Notes: generated by a model from the sequence alone, not told the origin. 64,000 bases of DNA from an uncultured Nitrospiraceae bacterium (GCA_963846575.1 CAWJWJ010000002.1:1792001-1856000), one strand, 5' to 3'; shown: positions 53,318-63,086, counted from the first letter of the stretch. A program made the numbers and translations.

Positions 53318-54744
53318 TGATTCTGCTCACGGGCGCGACCGGCTATGTGGGAGGACGTCTGCTGCGGCGGCTGGTGCAGGCCGGCCATCGCGTCCGATGC
53401 CTCGCGCGCTGTCCTGAGTTCCTCCAGGCGCGGGCCGGGCCGGACGTCGACGTCTTCGCAGGGGATGTGCTCGACCAGACAAGTCTGGAGCCTGCGATGC
53501 ACGGCGTCACCGCCGCCTATTACCTCGTCCATTCCATGGGCTCGTCCGGCAGTTTCGAACAGGCGGACCGTGAGGGCGCGCGAAACTTCGGCGAAGCGGC
53601 CCGCCGGGCCGGGGTCGGCCGCATCCTCTACCTCGGAGGACTGGGCGACGATGACGAACAGTTGTCGCCGCACCTGCGAAGCCGCCATGAGGTCGGCGAC
53701 TTCCTCCGGCAATCCGGGGTGCGCGTGATCGAGTTCCGCGCCTCCATCGTCATCGGCTCGGGCAGTTTGTCCTTCGAGATGATCCGCGCGCTCGTCGAAC
53801 GACTGCCGGTGATGATCATGCCCCGGTGGGTGCGGATCCCCGCCCAGCCGATCGCCATCGACGATGTGCTCGCCTACCTCGTCGCCGCCCTCGAGCTCCC
53901 GCTCCCTGACAACACAACCATCGAAATCGGCGGCCGGGACATCGTATCGTACGGGGGCCTCATGCGGGAATACGCGCATCAGCGCGGCCTGCGGCGGATC
54001 ATGCTGCCGGTGCCGGTGCTCACGCCGTTTCTTTCGAGTCTCTGGCTGGGCCTGGTAACGCCGCTCTTCGCACGGGTCGGCCGCAAACTGATCCAAAGCA
54101 TCCGTTATCCCACCATCGTGCGCGACGACAGCGCGCGCCGCCTGTTCACCATCACACCGATCGGCGTGCGGGAGGCCATCGGGCATGCGTTACGGAACGA
54201 GGAGCGGGAACTGGCGGAATCACGCTGGTCGGATGCCCGCTCCGCCGCAGGCGAAGAGCGACAATACGGAGGGGTGCGATTCGGCAACCGCCTGATCGAC
54301 GTCCGCACCGTGCATGTGTCCGTTCCGCCTGCCGCGGCGTTTCGACCGATTCAACGGATCGGCGGACGCACCGGGTGGTACTACGGCAACTGGTTATGGA
54401 CCCTGCGCGGCTGGATGGATTTGCTGGTCGGCGGCGTGGGCCTGCGGGGCCGACGCGACCCTGACGTGTTGTATGTCGGGGATGTCCTGGACTGGTGGCG
54501 CGTCGAGGCCCTGGAACCAGGAAGGCATCTGCGGTTGCAGGCCGAAATGAAGCTACCCGGGCGCGCTTGGCTGGAATTCGTAGTGCAGCGGGAAGGCAGC
54601 GGAGCCCGCATCACGCAGACGGCCAGCTTCGATCCCATCGGTCTCAGCGGACTCCTGTACTGGTACGGCATCTGGCCGATTCACGAATTGATCTTTCGCG
54701 GCATGGTGCGCGGGATTAAACGAGCGGCGGAAACACAAACCTGA
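53317..54744 (+). CDS. Atypical SDR oxidoreductase with DUF2867 (YbjT-like)
   Basis: TGATGYVGG, HLRSRHEVG, IGGRTGWY, AEMKLPGRAWLEF. Confidence 0.9.
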   Translation: MILLTGATGYVGGRLLRRLVQAGHRVRCLARCPEFLQARAGPDVDVFAGDVLDQTSLEPAMHGVTAAYYLVHSMGSSGSFEQADREGARNFGEAARRAGVGRILYLGGLGDDDEQLSPHLRSRHEVGDFLRQSGVRVIEFRASIVIGSGSLSFEMIRALVERLPVMIMPRWVRIPAQPIAIDDVLAYLVAALELPLPDNTTIEIGGRDIVSYGGLMREYAHQRGLRRIMLPVPVLTPFLSSLWLGLVTPLFARVGRKLIQSIRYPTIVRDDSARRLFTITPIGVREAIGHALRNEERELAESRWSDARSAAGEERQYGGVRFGNRLIDVRTVHVSVPPAAAFRPIQRIGGRTGWYYGNWLWTLRGWMDLLVGGVGLRGRRDPDVLYVGDVLDWWRVEALEPGRHLRLQAEMKLPGRAWLEFVVQREGSGARITQTASFDPIGLSGLLYWYGIWPIHELIFRGMVRGIKRAAETQT

Positions 54745-54753
54745 ACGCCGGCA

Positions 54754-55200
54754 TTACCTTTGTGTCTTCCGCCATGCCAGGAGCCGTGCGGCCACGGCCT
54801 CGACCTGGTCGCTGGTCAGTGTAGCGGCCAGGGCATCGCGGCGCAGGCGCGCCCGCCCGCTATCCTGACGGCTCGCGAGGGAATACCAGAAATAGGCTTC
54901 GAGCGCATCCTGATCGACTCCCCGCCCCAGCTCATACAGCAGGCCGAGGTCGCGCTGCGCCAATCCATGGCCCTGGTCCGCCGCGCGCGTTAACCAGCGT
55001 ACCGCCTGCGCGCCGTCAGCAGCTCCCAACGTTCCCATGACCAAGGGCTGACCCAGCATCCATTGGGCATTCGCATCACCCTCCGCCGCCAAGACTTCCA
55101 GCTGATGCGGCAACAGGGACTCGGCAGCTACGATCGGCCCACCGGAAGACAGGAGCAAGACCATGGCCGCCGCCCCGCCTGTCCAGGCCCGCTGCTTCAT
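54754..55200 (-). CDS. Secreted Sel1-repeat protein
   Basis: AAEGDANAQ, AADQGHGLAQRDLGLLYELGRGVDQD. Confidence 0.85.
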   Translation of the reverse strand: MKQRAWTGGAAAMVLLLSSGGPIVAAESLLPHQLEVLAAEGDANAQWMLGQPLVMGTLGAADGAQAVRWLTRAADQGHGLAQRDLGLLYELGRGVDQDALEAYFWYSLASRQDSGRARLRRDALAATLTSDQVEAVAARLLAWRKTQR

Positions 55201-56546
55201 GTCATTTCTCCCGGATCCTTCACCGAACCTGCCCCTGAGGTGAACCGGCCCGACGGATCAAACCGGCGTTCCGGCACCCGTGAGGCAAACGTCTGATCGG
55301 CCAACAGGGCTTCGGCAGCTTTTCGCCCCGATACCAGCGCACCGTCCAGCGTGCCGGTCTCGCAATAGTCGCCGCATTGATACAGACCTGGCTTGACCCG
55401 GGAGGCAGCAGGCCGGTGGTGCTCCCTCAGGAGTTCGATCGGGGGCAGGGCCCCGGGGATGTGATCGGTCCGCAGCAGCCGCCAGGCATTGACCTTCGTG
55501 CCGAACCAGTCGCGCAGCTGTCTCCACAATGCCTGCTGAATCTCGTCGAATGTTGCAGCCTTGTCCCAATCGTCGGACAGACTCAGCGATACCAAGGAAC
55601 GCCCGACCGGCGCGTAAGCCGGGGCCACTTCACTCAACACCGACGCGGTTCGCACCGGCCCCTCTCCTTCGCCGTTCACGATCAACCAGGGACCACGCAC
55701 GGGAGGGGTCGGCGCCTCGAAATAAAGACAGGTCGCGGGCCGGGCCGGGGCGGCTGGTACGGGATCTCCGCGCAACGCGGCGGCCGTCGCGTAATCCGTC
55801 GCAAGGACCAGGGCATGACCCGGCACACGCTCACCGGACTCGAGCACAGCCCCGCTTGTCTCCACATGACGCACCGGTGAGTTCAGTCTGATCGATCCGG
55901 CCGGGAGGGTATCGGCCAACTGCCGGGCGATCGCTCCCATTCCTCCTTGCGGCAGGGCAATCGCGCCTCGCGAAAAAGCAGCCCAGACGAATTCAAACAG
56001 CCGGCAGGGCGTCTGCAGGTCCCGCTCCAAAAACACTCCGCCGAGAAAGGGGCGAAAAAACCGTGTCAGCATGGAGGGCGAAAAACCGTACTCCTGCAGC
56101 AGCTCCTGCGTCGAACGCGCGCGCCGGTCTTCCGACGCACAGAGGCGGTTGTGCAGGGCATCCTGCCTGAGTCGAAGGATCGCGAGTTTGTCCCGGAACG
56201 AGCCGATGGGACTCATGAGGGTGGAGAGGATATCCTGCGGGCGTCGCAGCGGGTCGCTGAACCGGTGAAACCGGCCGGCGTACCGGATGAGGGCACCGGG
56301 ATGGAACGGCCAGAGTCGCAGCCGGGCGTAATCCAGGGCGCTGCGGGCTTCCGGATACCCGCTGAGAAAGACCTGAAATCCGCGATCGAGTTGGAACCCC
56401 TCCACGCAATCGGTACGGACCCGTCCCCCGACGTCATCGGACGCCTCCAGGACCATGCAGGAGAGATTCGCCTCAACCAACCGCCGCGCGCAGGCCAAAC
56501 CGGCCAGACCGGCGCCGACGATGAGGACGCGAGTGTGAGCAGACAT
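55197..56546 (-). CDS. FAD-dependent oxidoreductase (amine oxidase / protoporphyrinogen oxidase-like)
   Basis: IVGAGLAGL, GGRVRT, LDRGFQV, CGDY...GALVSG; frame open upstream to 56621. Confidence 0.9.
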   Translation of the reverse strand: MSAHTRVLIVGAGLAGLACARRLVEANLSCMVLEASDDVGGRVRTDCVEGFQLDRGFQVFLSGYPEARSALDYARLRLWPFHPGALIRYAGRFHRFSDPLRRPQDILSTLMSPIGSFRDKLAILRLRQDALHNRLCASEDRRARSTQELLQEYGFSPSMLTRFFRPFLGGVFLERDLQTPCRLFEFVWAAFSRGAIALPQGGMGAIARQLADTLPAGSIRLNSPVRHVETSGAVLESGERVPGHALVLATDYATAAALRGDPVPAAPARPATCLYFEAPTPPVRGPWLIVNGEGEGPVRTASVLSEVAPAYAPVGRSLVSLSLSDDWDKAATFDEIQQALWRQLRDWFGTKVNAWRLLRTDHIPGALPPIELLREHHRPAASRVKPGLYQCGDYCETGTLDGALVSGRKAAEALLADQTFASRVPERRFDPSGRFTSGAGSVKDPGEMT

Positions 56547-56600
56547 GATCGTTATTGTAGACGGAGCCCGAGCCAGACTCCAGCGGCAAGTGATGTTATT

Positions 56601-57503
56601 GGGGTCAGGTCTTGCAATCACACATTCTCGGGACGTACACTCGCGTCCTATGGCTCGCCCACTGCGTCTTGAATTTCCCGGCGCGGTCTACCATGTCACA
56701 AGCCGCGGCAATGCCCGGCAGAACATTGTGCATGACGATCGTGACCGGTCGCACTTCCTCTCGTTGCTGGCCCATGTCATCGATCGGTATGGATGGCTCT
56801 GTCATGCCTTTTGCCTGATGGACAACCACTACCACCTCCTCATCGAAACACCGAAACCAAACCTCTCCATCGGCATGCGTCAGCTGAACGGACTCTACAC
56901 GCAACGCTACAATCGCCGTTACGAGCGGGCGGGACACCTGTTCCAGGGACGCTACAAGGCGATTCTGGTGGAAAAAGAATCGCATCTCCTCGAACTCTGC
57001 CGATATGTCGTGCTGAATCCCGTCGGGGCCAGATTGGCGACGCATCCCCGGCTGTGGAACTGGAGTAGCTATCGCGCGACAGCAGGCGAGGCACCGGCTC
57101 CGGAATGGCTGACGACCGACTGGATTCTGAAACAGTTCGGCGTGCGGGCCGGCTCGGCTCGAGACAGATACCGGGCCTTCGTAAGCGAGAAGCACCGCCA
57201 GCGTCAGCCATGGGATCAACTCGTGGGGCAGATTTATCTGGGGACGGCAGACTTCGTGGCAAGACACCAGCCCGATCGGGTGATCCGAGACATTCCCCGC
57301 CGGCAAACACAGGCCCACCGCCCGTCGCTGCAACAGCTGTTCGACGCGCGAGGGAAGCAGCCCCAGCTCGTGCACAAAGCCTATCGACGGTACGGGTATC
57401 GCCTCAACGAGATTGCGGCGCATTTGGGGGTGCATCCGGCCACGATCAGCCGTCGTTTAAAGCAGGCTGAAGAGGAACATGTGTGATTGCAAGACCTGAC
57501 CCC
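56601..57503 (+). mobile_element. HUH/Y1 (RAYT-like) element bounded by perfect 25-bp inverted repeats
   Basis: GGGGTCAGGTCTTGCAATCACACAT at 56601-56625 and its exact reverse complement at 57479-57503. Confidence 0.85.
56650..57486 (+). CDS. REP-associated tyrosine transposase-like HUH nuclease with C-terminal HTH
   Basis: YHVTSRGN, LMDNHYHLL (HUH), GHLFQGRY, RYVVLNP, WSSY; C-terminal LNEIAAHLGVHPATISR. Confidence 0.92.
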   Translation: MARPLRLEFPGAVYHVTSRGNARQNIVHDDRDRSHFLSLLAHVIDRYGWLCHAFCLMDNHYHLLIETPKPNLSIGMRQLNGLYTQRYNRRYERAGHLFQGRYKAILVEKESHLLELCRYVVLNPVGARLATHPRLWNWSSYRATAGEAPAPEWLTTDWILKQFGVRAGSARDRYRAFVSEKHRQRQPWDQLVGQIYLGTADFVARHQPDRVIRDIPRRQTQAHRPSLQQLFDARGKQPQLVHKAYRRYGYRLNEIAAHLGVHPATISRRLKQAEEEHV

Positions 57504-58232
57504 ACGAAAAATGACCCCACGAAAAAGTTTACCGTCGATCGTCTGCTTTCCAAGCTGGGCATCACCAGCCGCAGTACGGCGCAGGAGTGGATTCGCGCCG
57601 GCCGGGTCCGCGTCAATCAACGTGTCGTGCGCCTTCCCGGCACGTGGGTCTCATGGCCGGGCGACAGCCTCTCGCTCGACGGGCAGCCCGTGCAGGAGGC
57701 CAGCCGACGCTTCATCCTCTTTCACAAACCCAAGGGCCTGGTCACCACGCACGAGGACGAGAAGGGCCGCAGCACCATTTTTGACGCGCTGCCGGAGGAC
57801 ATGCGGTCACTGCATGCCGTCGGGCGGCTGGACCAGGCGACCAGCGGGCTGCTTTTACTGACCAACGACTCGATGCTCTCGAGCCACCTCACAGACCCGG
57901 CGCAACAGTTCCCCCGCCTCTATCTCGTAACTGTGCGCGGCAATGTGACGGAGAGTGCCCGAGAAGCGGCCATCACCGGCCTGCTGGATCAAGGGGAGCG
58001 CCTTCACTGTCAAAACGTGACCATCCAGAAACGCTCCGGACGCGAGTCGCATTTGGAGGTAACGCTGACCGAAGGCAAGAACCGGGAGATCAGGCGACTG
58101 TTCAAGGCGCTTGGACACGAGGTGACGAGGTTGCGGCGCATCCAGTACGGGCCGTTCCTCCTCGGCGACCTGCCACCGGGAGGCTGGCGGGAACTCACAG
58201 TCGAGGAAGCGAGAAACGCACTCCAATCGTGA
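57483..58232 (+). CDS. RsuA/RluB family pseudouridine synthase with S4 domain
   Basis: RLLSKLGITSR, HKPKG, VGRLDQATSGLLLLTND, EGKNREIRR. Confidence 0.93.
   Translation: MIARPDPTKNDPTKKFTVDRLLSKLGITSRSTAQEWIRAGRVRVNQRVVRLPGTWVSWPGDSLSLDGQPVQEASRRFILFHKPKGLVTTHEDEKGRSTIFDALPEDMRSLHAVGRLDQATSGLLLLTNDSMLSSHLTDPAQQFPRLYLVTVRGNVTESAREAAITGLLDQGERLHCQNVTIQKRSGRESHLEVTLTEGKNREIRRLFKALGHEVTRLRRIQYGPFLLGDLPPGGWRELTVEEARNALQS
57497..57526 (+). repeat. 15-bp tandem duplication TGACCCCACGAAAAA x2 at the right inverted-repeat end
   Basis: 57497-57511 and 57512-57526 are identical. Confidence 0.9.
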
Positions 58233-58454
58233 GAAGCGGGCGGCGCACTCCAATCAACTCACCGGCACTATCGGGTGGAAGTGACGTCGTAGAGTCGTGG
58301 GAGGACCAACCCCCTGCCCCGCCCATCTGCTCTCCCAAAACCTCCAGAAGAGCAACCCACACACTGTGCCCGCATCGGAGGCAGGCCGGCGGCGGGACCG
58401 GCGGCCTGCTGCAGGGAACCGATCCACGTCCCGGGTCGGGCCTCACCGGTCCGG

Positions 58455-58868
58455 TTAGTATCCCCGCCCGCTGCTCCCGCCACGCCCCATGCGGTCGAAC
58501 GGCAGCGCTTCGTAACGCTTCTTCAGGTCGGGATGTTCCGCGAGGTACCCCTTCACCGCCGCGTCATCGGCAAAGACTTCCTTGCTGCGCCCCCGATACT
58601 CCTCGACCGTCAGATCGTACTTCGACAACAGGCCGGTCAATTTCTGATTGATATCCTTCCCCATTTCAGCCATCTGCTCGGCCGAAGGCGGACGCCCTTC
58701 TCCATAGCCGCTGCCGCCCTGAAAATAATTCGTCATCATCTCGCCGATTTCGATGCGGGCGTTCACGAATTTCTCCAGCTCGGCCGGTTCGGCAGCCAGC
58801 GCAGGCCCTGCATACAACATCAATCCCAATGAAATGCCGATGATCACCCGTGCAGAATTCATCACCAT
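58455..58868 (-). CDS. Secreted hypothetical helical protein
   Basis: Signal peptide, GAGAGG RBS, 137 aa. Confidence 0.75.
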   Translation of the reverse strand: MVMNSARVIIGISLGLMLYAGPALAAEPAELEKFVNARIEIGEMMTNYFQGGSGYGEGRPPSAEQMAEMGKDINQKLTGLLSKYDLTVEEYRGRSKEVFADDAAVKGYLAEHPDLKKRYEALPFDRMGRGGSSGRGY

Positions 58869-59135
58869 ACGGTCCTCTCAAAATGTAATAGAAGTGGCGG
58901 TCGTCGATCCGTCGTCATCTTACCATCTCAACCGGATGAGGTGCACGGCCCGTCAGGACGCGTGGCCGGATCCGGGCCGGCAACCGGTGAACGGAGCCGG
59001 CCAGACGGGAACCGGGGCCGTCCATTCTTTGTGAAAGACGTGCTAAGCTGGGCCGCCTTTGCCGGGCAACTTAGTCAGCGCGCCCACAGGGCCGGAACGT
59101 CGTTCAGACAGTAACGGGAGAAAGGAGAGTCCAGC

Positions 59136-59831
59136 ATGCCAGGACGCCAGAAGGAGCGGCATCGCACGGAACGCCTCGGCTGGTTACGCGCGGCAGTATT
59201 GGGTGCCAACGACGGGATCATTTCCACCGCCAGCCTGCTGCTCGGTGTTGCGGCGGCGCACGGAACCCGCAGCGCGATCATCATAGCCGGCGCCGCCGGT
59301 CTGGTGGCCGGCGCGATGTCCATGGCCGCCGGCGAATACGTCTCCCTCCGCTCGCAGGCCGATACCGAAGAGGCCGAACTCGAGCTCGAACGGCAGGAAC
59401 TCCAGGACGATGAGGCGGGCGAACACAAAGAATTGACGACGATCTACGTCCGTCGCGGGCTGGACCCGTCACTCGCGAAACAGGTCGCGCATCAACTGAT
59501 GGCGCATGATGCATTAGGTGCGCATGCTCGAGACGAATTGGGAATCTCCGACACCCTCAGCGCACGTCCGGTTCAAGCCGCGTTCGCCTCGGCCGGCGCC
59601 TTTTCCGTCGGAGCGGCCCTGCCGCTGCTGACCGCCACGGTGGTGCCTCAGCCGATGTTCATTCCGTTGGTGTCCGGCATGTCGCTGCTCTTTCTTGCGC
59701 TGCTGGGTGGAGTGGCGGCTTCGGTGGGCGGGGCCAATGTCTTCTCGGGAGCCGCCCGCGTCACCTTCTGGGGCGCCCTGGCCATGGCGGCGACGGCGGG
59801 AGTGGGAGCGCTGTTCGGAACAAGTCTCTGA
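59136..59831 (+). CDS. VIT1/CCC1 family Fe/Mn transporter
   Basis: LRAAVLGANDG, SMAAGEYVS, HARDELG; AGGAG RBS. Confidence 0.95.
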   Translation: MPGRQKERHRTERLGWLRAAVLGANDGIISTASLLLGVAAAHGTRSAIIIAGAAGLVAGAMSMAAGEYVSLRSQADTEEAELELERQELQDDEAGEHKELTTIYVRRGLDPSLAKQVAHQLMAHDALGAHARDELGISDTLSARPVQAAFASAGAFSVGAALPLLTATVVPQPMFIPLVSGMSLLFLALLGGVAASVGGANVFSGAARVTFWGALAMAATAGVGALFGTSL

Positions 59832-59896
59832 ACAGGTCGACGACCGGTCTGCATGGATGTGACCGTCCACGGTACTGCCGGACGGGGCGCAGAGCT

Positions 59897-60079
59897 TTAG
59901 CTCCCGGCCTTGGCCTCCGACAACTTGCGGAGGAGCGCCGTCATTTCATCCAGCTTGAGCGTCCCGACAGCCAGGTCGGTTTCCAACCGCTCGATCATAT
60001 CCAAACAAGTCTTCACCGTCTCGACCAGCTGGGCCTGCGTCATCGTCGGGAGCTTGTGTTCGATGTCGTGCCTGTTCAT
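59897..60079 (-). CDS. Small helical hypothetical protein (60 aa)
   Basis: GGAGGA RBS upstream; coiled-coil-like. Confidence 0.65.
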   Translation of the reverse strand: MNRHDIEHKLPTMTQAQLVETVKTCLDMIERLETDLAVGTLKLDEMTALLRKLSEAKAGS

Positions 60080-60251
60080 AGGTCGTAGTCCTCCATGGTG
60101 TGGATCTCGCCCAATGTGACTCATCCGGCCGAGGTTTTCAACAGTGGCCTGCGCAGTCATTGAGAGCCAGTGCCGGATGACGCGACGTCGCCCCCGGCCG
60201 GCTTCCTTCATAGGCTCGGAGCGTGCAGCTTCGCCTCGGGGTCTCGCTGGC

Positions 60252-60267
60252 TTTGACCTCGGTCAAA
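60252..60267. promoter_or_regulatory. FNR/CRP-type palindrome TTGAC-N4-GTCAA
   Basis: TTTGACCTCGGTCAAA in intergenic DNA. Confidence 0.5.
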
Positions 60268-60411
60268 AACGGGAAGACGCCACATCGAGGACAGCGGAAG
60301 AATGGAAGGCACGAGAGGGATGACGGAGAGCGCGGGAACGCTCGGGCAGTCTCTCACCGCCCACGGGCTTTCCTGAACGCCCTCATTCCTCGAGCAGTAT
60401 CCGGCCCCGCC

Positions 60412-60648
60412 TTACACCCGGCTGTGATCGTGCAGAGAGAACCAGGCATAGGGCGTCAGGTAGTAACAGAGGAGGAACAACGTCAGGCCCAACACCCCGC
60501 CGACCAGGCCCTTGATCACGACCCCGGCGAATGGCAGCAGGAACAACATCAGGTGCATCACATGTGCGAGCGCCTTGTGCTCCTGATAAAAGGCCTGGCG
60601 GATCTCACTCGTGAATGTGCCGGTAACCGAGAGATTGGAAAGACTCAT
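60412..60648 (-). CDS. Small membrane protein (78 aa, ~2 TM)
   Basis: GGAGGT RBS; hydrophobic segments. Confidence 0.7.
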   Translation of the reverse strand: MSLSNLSVTGTFTSEIRQAFYQEHKALAHVMHLMLFLLPFAGVVIKGLVGGVLGLTLFLLCYYLTPYAWFSLHDHSRV

Positions 60649-60814
60649 CGCCGCACCTCCTCTTCGTCCATGGACCAGGGAGAGGGGATCAGTGCGCAGC
60701 GCCGGCGGGAAGGATCAGGTCAGGTCGTTGGAGCTGCGTCACGACACCACGCTACGCGCAATGGGGCACGGCGTCAAGTGCAGTGGAGCCACTCGTGCGT
60801 ACTCGCCTGCTCGC

Positions 60815-61735
60815 CTAGCGTTCCCGGCCGGGTCGGGGGAGTTGCTGCAGAAAGTCGCCGAGCACGGCGCCAAACTTGTCCGGGTCTTCCGCCATGATGA
60901 AATGTCCCGTGTCGAACTCTACGAGCTGAGCGCCGGGAATTTGCGCCTGGATGCCCTTCGCGATGGTCGGCGTCGCCACCCCGTCTTTGGCGCCCACCAT
61001 GATCAGGGTCGGCGCGGTGATGCCGGTGAGCTGACCATGCACATTAAAACGGGACATCGACGTCAGCGCCTCTCTGATCACCGTGGCGTTCCAGGTGCGA
61101 ATCCGGTCAAGCAACGGCTGGTAGAGCCTGGACGGCGCATCCTGCGGGAAACTTTCCACGATCATCTTCTTGGACACGCGACGATAATCCCGCGGCGCGC
61201 CGATCGTGGGCACGTCCTCGTCGAGAATCATGGGCCCATCGGTGGTTGACACCAGCACCAATGCCCGCACCCGCTCGGGGTGATCGAGCGCGAGGCGTTG
61301 AAGAATCATCCCGCCCATGGATACTCCCACCCAAACCGCCCGGTCGATCTGCAGGGCATCCGCTAGTTTGATCAAGTCCTGTGAAAACTGCTCGATGGTG
61401 AACCCGCCGGGCGGTTTGTCGGAGTCGCCATACCCACGGAGGTCCACGGCGATGCCGCGGAAGTCCGGCGTATAGGCGGCGACATATTTCGGAAAGATGT
61501 TGCTGGTCGTGACGACGCCATGCACGAAGATGACGGGATCGCCGGTGCCTGCCTCCAAGAGGCTCACATGCAGTCCGTCGAGATCGACGACGTGGCGCTG
61601 AAACAACTCACCGGGCGGCATGACATCAGCCAGTTTGGCCGGCCGGGCGGCGGTTCCCTGAGTAGGATAGGAAGAACCGGCACAGCCGGTCACGCCCATC
61701 AAGGCGACCACGAGGATCAACGTCACTGCCCGCAT
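60815..61735 (-). CDS. Alpha/beta hydrolase, probable lipoprotein
   Basis: VTGC lipobox-like, FVHG, DLRGYGDS, GVSMGG nucleophile, GAKD, GH. Confidence 0.9.
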   Translation of the reverse strand: MRAVTLILVVALMGVTGCAGSSYPTQGTAARPAKLADVMPPGELFQRHVVDLDGLHVSLLEAGTGDPVIFVHGVVTTSNIFPKYVAAYTPDFRGIAVDLRGYGDSDKPPGGFTIEQFSQDLIKLADALQIDRAVWVGVSMGGMILQRLALDHPERVRALVLVSTTDGPMILDEDVPTIGAPRDYRRVSKKMIVESFPQDAPSRLYQPLLDRIRTWNATVIREALTSMSRFNVHGQLTGITAPTLIMVGAKDGVATPTIAKGIQAQIPGAQLVEFDTGHFIMAEDPDKFGAVLGDFLQQLPRPGRER

Positions 61736-61961
61736 ACAGCTCCCCTTTCCAAATGTTAGGTGAACGATTCAGCCTAAGGCCTGCGCAGGAGATATTCAAT
61801 CCTATGATGTTCGACAGGGATCGTGATCGGCGAAGTGGGCGTGCGATGATCATCGACCGGCACGGTCCACGATTCGAAATGCTAGGTTTTATCCGGCCAT
61901 AGCTGGTAGGATGCGTCATGCACGTGTTTCTTCGGTGAACTCGAATGAAAGGGAGCCTGTC

Positions 61962-62990
61962 TTGAACATCACTAAATTGATTGCCGCTTGCATCGTGTTG
62001 TCTCTGGTCGGAATGCCAACCATCTCCCTGGCGAAGGCGCGAGGCGGATCGGGAGGAGGATTCTCCAGCGGGTCGCGTAGTGGAAACTCCGGAAGCAGCA
62101 TGGGCAGCCGCGGCTCACGCACCCATCAGGACAACGGCGCGAAGCCGATCGAACAGTCCACCACGGCCAGGCCGGCCACGGCTCCCCCGCCATCCACCGC
62201 GACCAGCCCGGCTGGTCAATCGAGCCCCGCCGCGCAGCCGTCATGGCTGCAACGCAATCCCCTGCTGGCCGGCATCGCAGGCGGCCTCGCCGGAACCTGG
62301 CTCGGCCATATGATCTTCGGAGCGACCGACAGCAGCGCCAGGACCACCGAGAACGGTGGAGCAGAGGGCGAACAGACAGCCGGGGCATCCGGTCCTAACT
62401 GGACGCTGATCCTGCTCATGCTGATGGGAGCCGGAGGACTGTATTATTACTTCAAGGGTCGCCGCACTCCCGCTCCTGATTTTTCAGGCCTCAGTCGGAG
62501 CACGGCCGCAAGTGGCTCTCTGCTGGCGGATTCCGCCACCGCTCCGAGCCTCCGGACGGCCACGATCGACAGCGAAATCACCAGGTCCGACAAAAGCGCG
62601 TTTCAGCAATCGCTGATCGACATTCAAACAGCCTGGGGCAAACAAGACCTGACCGGACTGCGGCGGCTCGTCACGCCGGAGATGCTGGAGTATTTCAGCA
62701 CCGGCTTGGCCGAACAGGCCAGCCAGGACCTCGTCAATCACGTGGAAGATGTGATCCTTCAGCAGGCGGATGTCCGGGAATCCTGGGTGGAAAATACGAC
62801 GCAATACGCGACGGTGAACCTGACCTGGACCGCCCGCGACTACAGCGTCTCCCTGAGCAAACAACCGGGAGAGCCCGGCTATCTCGTCGAAGGCAACAAA
62901 GAAACGCCGACCGAAACGACGGAAGTCTGGACCTTCATGCGATTCCAGCATGGGAAGTGGTTGCTCTCCGCGATCCAACAGGTCGCATAG
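61962..62990 (+). CDS. Tim44/TimA-like domain protein
   Basis: ARGGSGGG...SMGSRGSRT N-terminus; IQTAW...LVTPEM...EVWTFMR...WLLSAIQQ. Confidence 0.88.
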   Translation: MNITKLIAACIVLSLVGMPTISLAKARGGSGGGFSSGSRSGNSGSSMGSRGSRTHQDNGAKPIEQSTTARPATAPPPSTATSPAGQSSPAAQPSWLQRNPLLAGIAGGLAGTWLGHMIFGATDSSARTTENGGAEGEQTAGASGPNWTLILLMLMGAGGLYYYFKGRRTPAPDFSGLSRSTAASGSLLADSATAPSLRTATIDSEITRSDKSAFQQSLIDIQTAWGKQDLTGLRRLVTPEMLEYFSTGLAEQASQDLVNHVEDVILQQADVRESWVENTTQYATVNLTWTARDYSVSLSKQPGEPGYLVEGNKETPTETTEVWTFMRFQHGKWLLSAIQQVA

Positions 62991-63036
62991 GGTTGCGCGC
63001 GTCCGCTGACGACGCGACAAGCGAGCCGTAGGACAT

Positions 63037-63086
63037 GGGGCAGCGGTAGTCTCGATGGTCGAGACGGCCGCTGCCCCGTTTTTTTT
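63037..63086 (+). terminator. Rho-independent terminator
   Basis: GGGGCAGCGG...CCGCTGCCCC stem with an inner GTCTCG/CGAGAC stem, followed by a T-run. Confidence 0.85.

Noticed and set aside
58233..58454. GC-rich imperfect hairpins as REP sequences of the RAYT-like element
   Set aside because: They are imperfect, not repeated, and share no sequence with the 25-bp inverted repeats; more likely a terminator region between convergent genes.
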